From an uncultured Paraprevotella sp. (GTDB lineage: Bacteria; Bacteroidota; Bacteroidia; Bacteroidales; Bacteroidaceae): a DNA stretch of 64,000 nt. Under the pieces are notes generated by a model, which worked only from the letters and a program-made list of their open reading frames with translations, had not been told where the DNA came from and ran no database searches. Of this stretch, positions 35,966-45,607 are shown in pieces (within the stretch, counting starts at the first letter, position 1; the number at the start of each line of letters is the position of its first letter). Location of the stretch: positions 16 through 64,015 of the forward strand of contig CALULT010000010.1 of NCBI GenBank assembly GCA_944321565.1, given 5' to 3'. The translations under genes and the position numbers were made by a program.

Positions 35966-36850
35966 TCATTCAAAAGCATAACGTTTGGCGTAATCATCCA
36001 CCGTAAGATTCCCTATTCCACCCGTCATAAAAACAGTGTCTCCCACTATCGAACGACCCAAGCCACTCACCAAAACCACAGCCATGTTTGCAATCTCTTC
36101 CGGCATGACATAACGCCCCATGGGGATAGCGTCACAGGCTATGTCCGATGTGTCTTTCAACTTCGCCAACGGAGTCACCGTAGGCCCCGGGGCTATGCTA
36201 TTCACAGTAATACCGTGCGAAACCAAAGACTTGGCCAGCCCCAAGGTGAGCGCCCGGATGCCCCACTTGCTCAAGATATACGGGGAATTTGCCGGTCTAA
36301 GACTGGATGAGGAGGATATATTCAATATGTTGCCCCGGATTTGCTTTTCCACCATATATTTCCCTACCATCTGCGACAGGAAGAAAGTCCCTTTCAGGTT
36401 GGTATCAAGCACCCGGTCATATTCTTCCTCCGTGACATTCGGCATTGCCTCTCCATCCACCCCGGCGTTATTCACCAAAATATCAATCCCATTTCCACCG
36501 GCTAGCGACAAGCAACGGCCAAAAGCGGATGCAAAAGACGCCACATCCATGTTATCCATCACGCAGACATGGACTTTCCCTGCCCCCAGCCTCATATTGT
36601 CCAATTCGTTCTTTTTGCCTTGCAACTTGTCCTCATCCCGTCCTGTCAGAATCACCGAGGCTCCAGCACTCAGGAACGCCTTTGCTATCGCATAACCAAT
36701 GCCGCCCGCTCCTCCCGTAATCAAAGCCCACCTGCCCTTCAGCAAATCATTCGGCGGCAAGTTCACCAGATTTACGCTCACATGGTTAACCGGAACTCCC
36801 CTTGTCACAAACAGGAAAACCCTTTTCAGAAATGTTTTCAGTCCTGCCAT
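35966..36850 (-). CDS. SDR-family oxidoreductase
   Basis: ALITGGAGGIGYAIAK (TGxxxGxG), NNAG, and YILSKWG (YxxxK). The ATG at 36850 lies 2 nt downstream of the stop codon of the upstream (pyruvyl transferase) gene. Confidence 0.85.
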   Translation of the reverse strand: MAGLKTFLKRVFLFVTRGVPVNHVSVNLVNLPPNDLLKGRWALITGGAGGIGYAIAKAFLSAGASVILTGRDEDKLQGKKNELDNMRLGAGKVHVCVMDNMDVASFASAFGRCLSLAGGNGIDILVNNAGVDGEAMPNVTEEEYDRVLDTNLKGTFFLSQMVGKYMVEKQIRGNILNISSSSSLRPANSPYILSKWGIRALTLGLAKSLVSHGITVNSIAPGPTVTPLAKLKDTSDIACDAIPMGRYVMPEEIANMAVVLVSGLGRSIVGDTVFMTGGIGNLTVDDYAKRYAFE

Positions 36851-36852
36851 AA

Positions 36853-37974
36853 TCAATTTTCTATCGCTTGAACAAGATAATTTATAGATTTGACCCGTTC
36901 TTCTTGTAGCCTCTTTTGGACATCCGCATACGCAACCGGCCGCTTCCATTCCTCCCCCGCCTCGTCATACCATCTCGCAGAAAGCCCGAACAAAGACAAA
37001 AGGTCATAAATCCTATCATTCTGCGAACGCCCATCCGCATCATCAAATCTCTTCAGGGCTACAAAATTCTTGGACAAATTGATGGCGATGGCGCATGCAT
37101 GGAAAGAATCCGTGCAAACAGCCTCCGCATCGGCAATATAACGCACAAAGTCGTAAGGCCCCGCAGCACTGTCTGTCGTTGAATGTTCCAAAACCAACTC
37201 CTCCCCTTCCAACGAAGGCAAAAAAACAACATCCTTAATGCCCAGCCCCGTACGCACCCTTTCTATTTGGCAAGCATATTCTTCCCTGTGGCCAATCAAA
37301 TAACATAACAGATATTTTTCAGGCAAACCAGGCATCTTTATCCCCTTCCCGGCAAAAGTCTCCCAATGCGCCGCCGGAAGTAGGAACGTGGGATCAAGCA
37401 CTTGCCGGATGTCATTCCGCCCCAACAGGGAAGAAAGCAACGCCACGGCGCTTTTCTCCCTTGTCCCGATATGCTGGAATAAAGACAAGAAAGCCCTCAC
37501 TACCTCCTCATATTGTTCAGGTATCCTGCTTACTCCGATACTTGACGCATAGGCCATGCGCTTGCCCTTCCCGGCAAAATCCAAAAACATAAAAGGGTCA
37601 AAACAATGCACACAATTCCATATCTGGTCACTCCCCGTCACAAAAACGTCCGTTTCCGACAGCAAGCGGGAATAGCCTGCCCGGCCATTCACATAACAGT
37701 GGTTATAATTCTCCGCATTAAACTTCTTTAATCTGTTGTCCTTTACCGATGAAGGCAAAAGGCTTCTTATCCTCATCCGGATTTTCCGGGCCTCCATCTT
37801 AAACCAACGCCGGAACCATTTGTGGGAAATGCCGGGAATGACAAATGGATGTAAAAACACCACGTCGTAGCCCAGCTGCCTCAAGACCTCATGCAAAGCA
37901 TAAGATTGCAGGCTCGTGCCATAGTTTCCCGTGCCAAGCCATGTCACCAAAGCCACCCTTATTTTCTTACCCAT
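36853..37974 (-). CDS. Polysaccharide pyruvyl transferase family protein
   Basis: MGKKIRVALVTWLGTGNYGTSLQSYAL... resembles the PS_pyruv_trans N-terminus. It sits inside a glycan locus. Confidence 0.7.
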   Translation of the reverse strand: MGKKIRVALVTWLGTGNYGTSLQSYALHEVLRQLGYDVVFLHPFVIPGISHKWFRRWFKMEARKIRMRIRSLLPSSVKDNRLKKFNAENYNHCYVNGRAGYSRLLSETDVFVTGSDQIWNCVHCFDPFMFLDFAGKGKRMAYASSIGVSRIPEQYEEVVRAFLSLFQHIGTREKSAVALLSSLLGRNDIRQVLDPTFLLPAAHWETFAGKGIKMPGLPEKYLLCYLIGHREEYACQIERVRTGLGIKDVVFLPSLEGEELVLEHSTTDSAAGPYDFVRYIADAEAVCTDSFHACAIAINLSKNFVALKRFDDADGRSQNDRIYDLLSLFGLSARWYDEAGEEWKRPVAYADVQKRLQEERVKSINYLVQAIEN

Positions 37975-39503
37975 AACTTATACTTCTGTCGCACAAACAA
38001 TAAGACCCGCTCCTTCTCATTCTTCCCCATGCCGGCTATCCATGTTGCCACCGCAATAGACATCGCACTAGCTGCAAACACGACCATAAAACGTAACACA
38101 CCCTCGTGAAGCATCTTCACCAATAGATATGGCATAACAAACGATAAAGCCGTCACGCATACCACACGATTTATCACTTGCGTAATAAACGGGCGGACAG
38201 GAAAACCGATTTGGTTCCTCAATAAAAACAACCGCACATAAACCAAACCGATATAGACTACCACATAAGCCACATATGCCGATTCTGGCGGGAATCCACA
38301 TTTAAATAAGATATAACTAACCGGAAGAACGACACAGCCAAACCCTCCCACATAAAGATAGAACTTCTTGATTTCTCCTGTCGCTTGCGCCAATACGGTC
38401 AATGGTGCTCCCGGCAAGTCCACCAATGTCCCCAACATGGCAAGTTTCCAAAACAAAACCGCATGCTCAGGCACCTCTTTCAACCATAGGTTCAGCACAA
38501 AATCGGCTTCTAAGACAAAGGGTATAAAAAAAAACAACATCAAAATATAAGAATACTTCGCCCCCTGGCTCACAATGCCAAAACAAGCTGAATAGTCCTT
38601 TTCCGCATAAGTCTTAATAATCTGAGGATTCAAAGCCGTCGTGAAATTCCCCACAAATTGTTTCACACCATTCTCCGCTTGGGCGGCAATCCCGCGCGCG
38701 GCATTCACCACAACGCCAAAAAAGAGATTAGACACGACATTCACGCCTTGTGTGTTAAGGATATAGGCACCCGTCCCCAAGAAATTCCAACCAGCAAAAC
38801 CGGACATCTCCACCAAAAGTCCCCGTTCCAACTTGAAACGATATTTGCACTCACTGAAATGGCGGGAACAATAATAGCCATATATCAAACGAATGACAAA
38901 GGCTGAAAAAGCCACTAGGAACGCATAAACGACCAGCTTATCAAGAGGAGATACAAACATGGCATAAGCCGCCAACAACCTTAGGGCAGCTTCCAAAACA
39001 GACACATAAGCAAAAATATCCATTTTCTCATGCGCAATAATCACAGCATTATAAGGCAAACTCACCAATTGAATCACAAAAGTCAACAGCGAACACTGTA
39101 GCACCCAAAATGCCGCATTCAAACGCTCAGGCGGTATCTGCATGCGTTCAAACAAAAACCAAACGCCTACGCTCTCCGCGAGAATCGTAACAACCAAGGA
39201 AATAAGCAATTGAATGTTCACACTCGTGGAAAATATAAGATTCAGCTTCTTCTCGTCCCGGTTCCCCAACTCAAAAGTCAAATAACGCGTGATGGCATTA
39301 GACAACGACACGGATATGATAGAAAACATCACAACGATGCCACCCACTATATTGTAAACGCCGAAATCTTCCTCCCCCAAAACGTCCAACACGACCCGTG
39401 ACGTATAAAGATTCACGAGCAAGACAAAAAATGTACGAACGTAAAGCAGCAACGTATTTTTCGCAATACGCCTTGTATTTTGAACATTCTCATTCCCGGC
39501 CAT
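37959..39503 (-). CDS. Oligosaccharide flippase (Wzx/MOP family)
   Basis: 514 aa, at least 12 hydrophobic segments, N-terminal RRIAKNTLLLYVRTFFVLLVNLYTSR. Confidence 0.8.
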   Translation of the reverse strand: MAGNENVQNTRRIAKNTLLLYVRTFFVLLVNLYTSRVVLDVLGEEDFGVYNIVGGIVVMFSIISVSLSNAITRYLTFELGNRDEKKLNLIFSTSVNIQLLISLVVTILAESVGVWFLFERMQIPPERLNAAFWVLQCSLLTFVIQLVSLPYNAVIIAHEKMDIFAYVSVLEAALRLLAAYAMFVSPLDKLVVYAFLVAFSAFVIRLIYGYYCSRHFSECKYRFKLERGLLVEMSGFAGWNFLGTGAYILNTQGVNVVSNLFFGVVVNAARGIAAQAENGVKQFVGNFTTALNPQIIKTYAEKDYSACFGIVSQGAKYSYILMLFFFIPFVLEADFVLNLWLKEVPEHAVLFWKLAMLGTLVDLPGAPLTVLAQATGEIKKFYLYVGGFGCVVLPVSYILFKCGFPPESAYVAYVVVYIGLVYVRLFLLRNQIGFPVRPFITQVINRVVCVTALSFVMPYLLVKMLHEGVLRFMVVFAASAMSIAVATWIAGMGKNEKERVLLFVRQKYKLWVRK

Positions 39504-39548
39504 AAAGGTATCTGCAAAATATTTTCACATCTGAGACTGAAGGACTGG

Positions 39549-39556
39549 CAAAGATA
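39549..39556 (-). promoter_or_regulatory. Bacteroides-type -7 box (TATCTTTG on the minus strand), internal to the glycan locus
   Basis: Exact match, about 45 nt upstream of the flippase ATG at 39503, inside a 153-nt gap. Confidence 0.4.
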
Positions 39557-39656
39557 CGAAAAACAATCTATAAGCCATGCCTTTTCCGAAAAAAACCATC
39601 ACTGTCAACATACATTTCAGCAAATCCTGCAATAGTTCCCCAAACGCCCTTATGCC

Positions 39657-40691
39657 TTACACGTATATCACTTGATTATAATAAATCCCTATAAATAGGA
39701 AAAACATGGCCAAAGCACATACAATCCCTTTTGAGATGTAATCCGGCTTTATGGTATAAACAATCAGAGGAAACAATATCACTTCCACCACCCCCAACAA
39801 CTCACTCAAACGAAATGCAAGAACCGGCAAATTATAAAACAGCACAAAAGACGCCAATGACAATATTTCTATTTTCAACAAGATGGGCACATAGGGATTA
39901 GAGCGGGCAATCAATTCGTTTTTCCATAGCAAAAAATAAGTAATTGCCACTTTACCCAAGAAAACCAAATTGAAAACGTTAATCTCATCCCATAAACCCT
40001 GCTCCTGCAAATAACGGTACGCCTCAAGTTTTTCTTCTATATAAGGAATAGGAAGAGCCAACAAAAAATCCCAATTCAGGAAATACACCACATAACAAAG
40101 CGGAATAATTGACGAATAAAATATATATTGCCATTTCTTAAAAGGCTCATTGGAAAAAAACGCCAACAAAGCCAGCACACCTGCCGTATAATGGAAGAAT
40201 GTCGCGCAAAGGACATAAAGCAAGAACCTAAGACGTGACCCATTCTGCAAACAAGGAAGCGACAGCAAGAAAAAAACCGCCGCCACCGCCACACGGATTT
40301 GATTCATGCCATGCAACAAATAATAATTACTAAGATACACCAATAAGGACAAGAAACACAACTCTGTCAGCTTCCTTATGGCCAAAAGCTGAAACAACAC
40401 CCCCAGCACGGCATAAATCAGAAACAGGAAAACGACATCGTCAAACACATAATAAACGAAATAAGATATGGCCACAAAAGAAAGTTCTTTCGTCACATCA
40501 TAACTGCTGCCATACAAATTCACATAATTCAGATAATCGTGATCCACATCGTCTGGCCTGAAACCGGCGACCAAAGCCATCATGCACCCTATGAAAACAA
40601 GCAAAAGCAACCGGGCATACGGCATCAACCGCTCTTCTATGAAGACACAAAACGTAATCAGGCAAAACAAAAGAAGAATCAAATATATCAT
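39657..40691 (-). CDS. EpsG-family membrane protein (putative Wzy-type polymerase)
   Basis: Polytopic membrane protein. The ATG at 40691 overlaps the upstream gene's TGA (ATGA). The track's N-terminal extension is non-hydrophobic and overlaps the upstream gene. Confidence 0.7.
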   Translation of the reverse strand: MIYLILLLFCLITFCVFIEERLMPYARLLLLVFIGCMMALVAGFRPDDVDHDYLNYVNLYGSSYDVTKELSFVAISYFVYYVFDDVVFLFLIYAVLGVLFQLLAIRKLTELCFLSLLVYLSNYYLLHGMNQIRVAVAAVFFLLSLPCLQNGSRLRFLLYVLCATFFHYTAGVLALLAFFSNEPFKKWQYIFYSSIIPLCYVVYFLNWDFLLALPIPYIEEKLEAYRYLQEQGLWDEINVFNLVFLGKVAITYFLLWKNELIARSNPYVPILLKIEILSLASFVLFYNLPVLAFRLSELLGVVEVILFPLIVYTIKPDYISKGIVCALAMFFLFIGIYYNQVIYV

Positions 40692-41761
40692 TTCCGGAGG
40701 TCGGTTTCTTCTTTCGACATCTGTGCCTTTCCATATACATATAAAGAAGAGCCGACAATCGCCAACAGCACACACCCAATCACAGTCAACATACGCTTGG
40801 GAGAAGACGGGCGCAAGGGAACCGTCACCGACTTGACCACCGTAAACGATGGAGTCTTTTCCTGCACCTTCGCTTTGGCAAGTTGCACTTGTTGCATCCA
40901 TTGGCTATAAGAAGTGTACGCCAATTGCAATTGATTTTCCAAGAAGTCCTGCTGCGAAATATAAGACTGCAATATGGTTCCCTTGTGCGTATCACAGTAT
41001 TCCGAATAATCATGCTGGGCTGCTTCGTACTCTTTACGGCTTTCCTGGAGCAAACGTTCGAAATAAACAAGATCGTTACGGGCTTTGCTCGTTTTATAAT
41101 CAATGATAAAATCCTGCAGTTTCTGCTTTATGGAGTCTGTCATGCATGCCGCGACCAAAGGATCCTGCGCGGAAAAACCCAACGTGATGACACTCGTTTT
41201 CTTGTCCACCACACAAGAAATATTCGATGAAATTGCCCGGCACACGTCATTCTCCTCTTTGGTCAACCAAAACGGATCCACGACATCCGTGGCTTTTTTT
41301 TCCTCCTCCGAAGGCAAAAGGTTCTTAATAAATCGCCGGATACCCGCGAAACATTGTTCCCACCACGGATATTTCTGCTCGCTACAAAAATAGTCATACA
41401 ACGTAGTCCGCAATCCTTCGGAAGTTTCCACCCTCACATCAAACAAAGAGACTAAAAACCGCGTGGAGTTCAATACATCCGGATAAATCTCCGGATAAAG
41501 GGCATCCCCGTTCATTCCGCTACCTAGATTCAACCCGACCATATTGGCCAATGAACCTATGTTCCCCGCCAAAGAAGCGTCCGATGAAACCTCAGGAGCC
41601 AAAGTCACAGAAGCCTCATAACCACGTGGAACACTATATACATATACAACAGACAGCACAAATGCCACCAGGCAAACCTTCGCAATAGTTTTCTTTCCAT
41701 TCCACAAGACGTGAAATATTTCCAACACATCTATTGGCTGAGGCTCCTTTTTCCGTTCCAT
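40688..41761 (-). CDS. Chain-length determinant (Wzz-family) protein
   Basis: N-terminal IDVLEIFHVLWNGKKTIAKVCLVAFVLSVVY transmembrane segment, long soluble coiled-coil-like middle, C-terminal transmembrane segment. Confidence 0.75.
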   Translation of the reverse strand: MERKKEPQPIDVLEIFHVLWNGKKTIAKVCLVAFVLSVVYVYSVPRGYEASVTLAPEVSSDASLAGNIGSLANMVGLNLGSGMNGDALYPEIYPDVLNSTRFLVSLFDVRVETSEGLRTTLYDYFCSEQKYPWWEQCFAGIRRFIKNLLPSEEEKKATDVVDPFWLTKEENDVCRAISSNISCVVDKKTSVITLGFSAQDPLVAACMTDSIKQKLQDFIIDYKTSKARNDLVYFERLLQESRKEYEAAQHDYSEYCDTHKGTILQSYISQQDFLENQLQLAYTSYSQWMQQVQLAKAKVQEKTPSFTVVKSVTVPLRPSSPKRMLTVIGCVLLAIVGSSLYVYGKAQMSKEETDLRK

Positions 41762-41771
41762 AACAACAGTC

Positions 41772-44318
41772 TTACTTAAATATATTCACCAAAGTGGCAA
41801 TCATCGTTGCTATTGAGGCTGTGGACGTTCCAATGGTCATCATCTCTGCCGTACTCATCCTGGTCTTCTGCGGCTTCGTCGGCACAACAATTTCACATCC
41901 CGGCTGAATGGCACGGCTTGTCCTCCTTCCTAACTTTTCCACCGCCCCATTCATATAGATGGCATATACGCTCGACTTGTTGGCACGGTCGGCATAACCG
42001 CCGGCACGCTTGATGTAATAGCTAAGCGGCTTGCCTTTTTCATAGTTCATGGAAATGGGATACATCACCTCACCACTGATTTTCACCGTATTCGAGAATT
42101 GCGGCACCACCAGCTCGTCGCCTTCACGCAACTGGATGTCGGCCAAACCTCCCGGCTCCGCCATGGCCGCAGCCAAATCAATGGCCACAGGATATGTGTC
42201 GCCCAAGTCCAACCGCAGATTCATGACCGAGTCTGCCTTCGCCATGTCGAAAGCCTTTTCCGAACGCATGCTTTCTTCATACAACTGGATTTGAGAGTTT
42301 TTCATGGAGATTTCCCGTTGCTGCTTCTCCTCTTCCGTCAACGCACGTTGCAGACGCGCCCCTTTGGCGTATGCCAAAGAAGAAAGCCCCCCGGCAGCCT
42401 TGACCAAGTCGCTCAACCGATAGTCCTTGCTCTCCATGGCATATTCGCCCTCAAAATTGACCGCCCCGGTGATTTTGACATTCTGCTGTTCAGAATAAGC
42501 CGGGCTTTTACGCACTACAATTTCGTCATACGGCTGAAGATAGAAATCCTTATTCCCGCCCAGCACGAAACCATCACGCAAAGAAAAGCTATATGTCTCG
42601 GCCAATTTTTCGTCATCCATCACCGCATCGGGATTCTTAATGCGGCGGAACACGTCCACACGTGCCATGGAAGCAGCCTCCGTAAGCCCACCGGCTTGAA
42701 GCACCAAGTCCTCTATCGATGTCTTATCGGCATATTGGTAAATACCAGGGAAATTCACTTCGCCACTGATGGTCAATGTCTGGTTTCCTTGCATCTCCAC
42801 CTTGCTGGGAATAAACAACACGTCATTTTTCCGAAGCGGAATATCTGCGGTTGTGCCATCCATAATGCCTTTCACATCCACGGCAAGCACTTCCATCGTG
42901 AGGTCTTCCTTCTGACGATGCATGACCGCGCGCGAAACAAAGGCGTCTTCGCGGAGTCCGTCGGCCGCCTTAATCAGTTCACGGACGGAACTGATTTTCC
43001 CATCCATTTGGAATTTCCCTGGATGGAACACCGCTCCACGAATTTCGGCCATATTGGAAAAACGCGGAATCACAGAATCCACATACAGCGAATCGCCATC
43101 TTTCAGCAAGAAACCGTTCATCTCGAATTCCCCCACGGTGTAAACCGAATACTCACGTCCGCTTTTACGCATCAAACGCACATTGTCCGTGTAAGCATCA
43201 CCAGCAAACCCGCCGGCATATTCCAAAATGCGGGACACGCTTTCATCGCCCTTCATTTCATAAAACATCGGGCGTTTCACTTTGCCCCGGATATTGACCA
43301 AGCAATCATAAGCACCCACGACAATCACATCGTTGTCCGCCAAACGCACATCGCCACGCGTATTTCCATGGAATATGTAGTCATACACGTCTATCGTGGA
43401 AATCACCCGCCCTTGCCGATACACCTTGATGTCACGCAAGGTTCCAATGTCACTGATTCCTCCTGCAGCATAAAGTGCATTGAAAGCTGTCGATAAGGCG
43501 CTCAGCGTGTAGCTTCCCGGCATCATGACTTCACCCATAACCTGCACTTGGACGGAACGGGTTTCGCCCACAGTCAACGTGATGTTCGACCCGGAATAAT
43601 ATTTGCCCAATTCACCCCTCACATAGTCATTGGCCTCTTTCACCGTCATTCCGGACAAGCTTAACGGCCCGACCCCCTCTATCGTCACCGTCCCGTCTGG
43701 CGAGACCACACCTTCGAACGTAATTTGCGAAGCCCCCCAAACATCTATAATCACATTGTCACCCGCGCCAAGCCGATAATCGGATGGGGTCGGGATGTTC
43801 AGGCTAGGCTCGAACGTCAACAACTCATTATTAAATATGTTGCGGCCGAAAACCTGGTTCTCATCCTCTTTAAAATAATTACGATAATAAATGAGCGAGT
43901 CTATGTCCATGAAACCGATTTCATCATTAAGTTGCTGCCGGCGCACTGTTTTGTCCTCGCTTTCTAAAATCTCCCGCTGGGAACGCACCATGTAGCCATT
44001 ACGCCGATGGCGTTCATCCATAGCTTTTTCGCGGTTGGTGCGAAGGCGATTTGTTCCTTGGGGCACACTTTGGGAAGTTCCCACCAAATCCACCGCACCA
44101 AGCTGTTTCTGTTGCGCCTCATATTTTTTCCGGATACGGCGCAATTGGTCGACAGTCACCCCCTTCTGCATCAATTGCGAAACGATAGTTTGTTGGTCTT
44201 TCCCCTTTTCTTGTTGTTCCATTACATAACGAATGACTTGGTCGTCCGACATCGACTGGGCGTATGCCAAACATACACACACACAAGCCAAGCAAAACAA
44301 CAATATTTTCTTTGCCAT
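41772..44318 (-). CDS. Polysaccharide export outer-membrane protein (Wza/BexD-like, multiple SLBB domains)
   Basis: Signal peptide MAKKILLFCLACVCVCLAYAQ. YRLGAGDNVIIDVWG export motif. Repeated SLBB-like segments. Confidence 0.8.
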   Translation of the reverse strand: MAKKILLFCLACVCVCLAYAQSMSDDQVIRYVMEQQEKGKDQQTIVSQLMQKGVTVDQLRRIRKKYEAQQKQLGAVDLVGTSQSVPQGTNRLRTNREKAMDERHRRNGYMVRSQREILESEDKTVRRQQLNDEIGFMDIDSLIYYRNYFKEDENQVFGRNIFNNELLTFEPSLNIPTPSDYRLGAGDNVIIDVWGASQITFEGVVSPDGTVTIEGVGPLSLSGMTVKEANDYVRGELGKYYSGSNITLTVGETRSVQVQVMGEVMMPGSYTLSALSTAFNALYAAGGISDIGTLRDIKVYRQGRVISTIDVYDYIFHGNTRGDVRLADNDVIVVGAYDCLVNIRGKVKRPMFYEMKGDESVSRILEYAGGFAGDAYTDNVRLMRKSGREYSVYTVGEFEMNGFLLKDGDSLYVDSVIPRFSNMAEIRGAVFHPGKFQMDGKISSVRELIKAADGLREDAFVSRAVMHRQKEDLTMEVLAVDVKGIMDGTTADIPLRKNDVLFIPSKVEMQGNQTLTISGEVNFPGIYQYADKTSIEDLVLQAGGLTEAASMARVDVFRRIKNPDAVMDDEKLAETYSFSLRDGFVLGGNKDFYLQPYDEIVVRKSPAYSEQQNVKITGAVNFEGEYAMESKDYRLSDLVKAAGGLSSLAYAKGARLQRALTEEEKQQREISMKNSQIQLYEESMRSEKAFDMAKADSVMNLRLDLGDTYPVAIDLAAAMAEPGGLADIQLREGDELVVPQFSNTVKISGEVMYPISMNYEKGKPLSYYIKRAGGYADRANKSSVYAIYMNGAVEKLGRRTSRAIQPGCEIVVPTKPQKTRMSTAEMMTIGTSTASIATMIATLVNIFK

Positions 44319-44323
44319 ACCAA

Positions 44324-44956
44324 TCAGAACTTTTTCCCTTTCAAGATGAAACTCACCGTCGTATAAATCACCTTCAAATCCATCCACAACGAACGCCGCT
44401 GAAAATATTCCAAGTCCATGTCCAAACGGGTCAACATCTTCTGCATTGTATCCGTATAGCCATTATACAACGTAGCCATCGAAGTCAATCCAGGACGCAT
44501 CAAGAAAATATATTCATAATCCGGATTTTCCTTCATTATTAAATTGATAAAATAGCGACGCTCAGGACGGGGACCCACAAATGACATATCCCCCCTGAGC
44601 ACATTCCACAATTGCGGCAACTCATCCAAATGATGTTCCCGCAGAAACTTCCCGACCGGAGTAAGGCGTTCATCGCCTTTCTTAGCCAAACAAGGCCGCC
44701 CATCCTTTTCCGAATCCATCCGCATTGACCTGAATTTCAAAATATAAAAAGGTTGCCCCTTATATCCTATCCGCTCTTGCCGGAATATCACAGGCCCATC
44801 TCCTTGCCTCTTCAACAATATATATACAAGCAGAAAAACTGGAGATAAAAAAATCAATCCCACCAACGCACAAACCGCATCAAAGCCCCTTTTTATGGCC
44901 TTTTCAGCCGCATTCATTCCATCACAAATCTCCATACTGACAGATATTTGCTTCAT
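44324..44956 (-). CDS. Undecaprenyl-phosphate sugar phosphotransferase (bacterial sugar transferase family, initiating enzyme)
   Basis: KRGFDAVCALVGLIFLSPVFLLV...GPVIFRQERIGYKGQPFYILKFRSM...DELPQLWNVLRGDMSFVGPRP. Confidence 0.9.
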   Translation of the reverse strand: MKQISVSMEICDGMNAAEKAIKRGFDAVCALVGLIFLSPVFLLVYILLKRQGDGPVIFRQERIGYKGQPFYILKFRSMRMDSEKDGRPCLAKKGDERLTPVGKFLREHHLDELPQLWNVLRGDMSFVGPRPERRYFINLIMKENPDYEYIFLMRPGLTSMATLYNGYTDTMQKMLTRLDMDLEYFQRRSLWMDLKVIYTTVSFILKGKKF

Positions 44957-45120
44957 TCTTACTTTCGTCTTTTTTTAATTAAAACTCCGCGTATATCATT
45001 TTATTGCAAAATAACAACTATTTTTTTTCTTTCCCAAACAAAGCAAGCAAATGCCCGCCTTTTTTATCTCCTTTTTACAAAAAAACGCCGGACAATGCAA
45101 TGCATTCCAAAAGAAAATCT

Positions 45121-45128
45121 TATCTTTG
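45121..45128 (+). promoter_or_regulatory. Bacteroides-type -7 box (TATCTTTG) for ssrA
   Basis: Exact match, 16 nt upstream of the tmRNA 5' GGGG. Confidence 0.55.
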
Positions 45129-45143
45129 CAGTTCCAAACATCC

Positions 45144-45539
45144 GGGGTTGACATGGATTTGACAGCAGGATGGAATGGTACGTAAGCACGCAGAGGGTGG
45201 ACTGTTTCCTCTATAATCTCAGCGGTCAAAAATTTATCTGGCGAAAACAAGTACGCTCTCGCTGCGTAATCGAAGTACAGTAGATTACCTTTATTTCGGC
45301 ACCAGGTGCTGAAACGGGACATCACTCGGAAGCTGTGGCTTCGAAGCATTCCGGCAAAGTGGTGCAGCAAAATCGGAGATAGCCGTCCGCGGCCTTGCAC
45401 GGGCGGTGAAAATTTAAAGGATAAGGTGCAAGTGGGTGGCCCGGGTCTTGCTTGCGCACGAAAATCGAAGGCCGGGATAAGCGTGTAGAAAGCGTATGGT
45501 TTCCCTGTTTGGACGAGGGTTCGATTCCCTCCAGCTCCA
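45144..45539 (+). ncRNA. ssrA: tmRNA (SsrA)
   Basis: The 5' GGGGTTGACATGGATTTGAC pairs with the 3' ...GGTTCGATTCCCTCCAGCTCCA, giving an acceptor stem with the G3:U pair and a T-arm. Internal tag reading frame GGC GAA AAC AAG TAC GCT CTC GCT GCG TAA = GENKYALAA* at 45240-45269. Confidence 0.92.
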
Positions 45540-45548
45540 CGGCACACG

Positions 45549-45581
45549 ACAGCCCGGCACTTCCGTGTCGCGGCTGTTTTT
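45549..45581 (+). terminator. Hairpin terminator after ssrA
   Basis: ACAGCCCGGCAC-ttcc-GTGTCGCGGCTGT is an imperfect stem with one bulge, followed by a T run. Confidence 0.55.
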
Positions 45582-45607
45582 CGTTTGTACATTTTACATC
45601 ATCTGAT

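Noticed and set aside
30044-45539. Polysaccharide locus as a genomic island integrated at ssrA.
   Set aside because: Islands that use tmRNA genes integrate at the 3' end and leave a direct repeat of it plus an integrase. This locus lies on the 5' (promoter) side, and I saw no integrase and no repeat of the ssrA 3' end.
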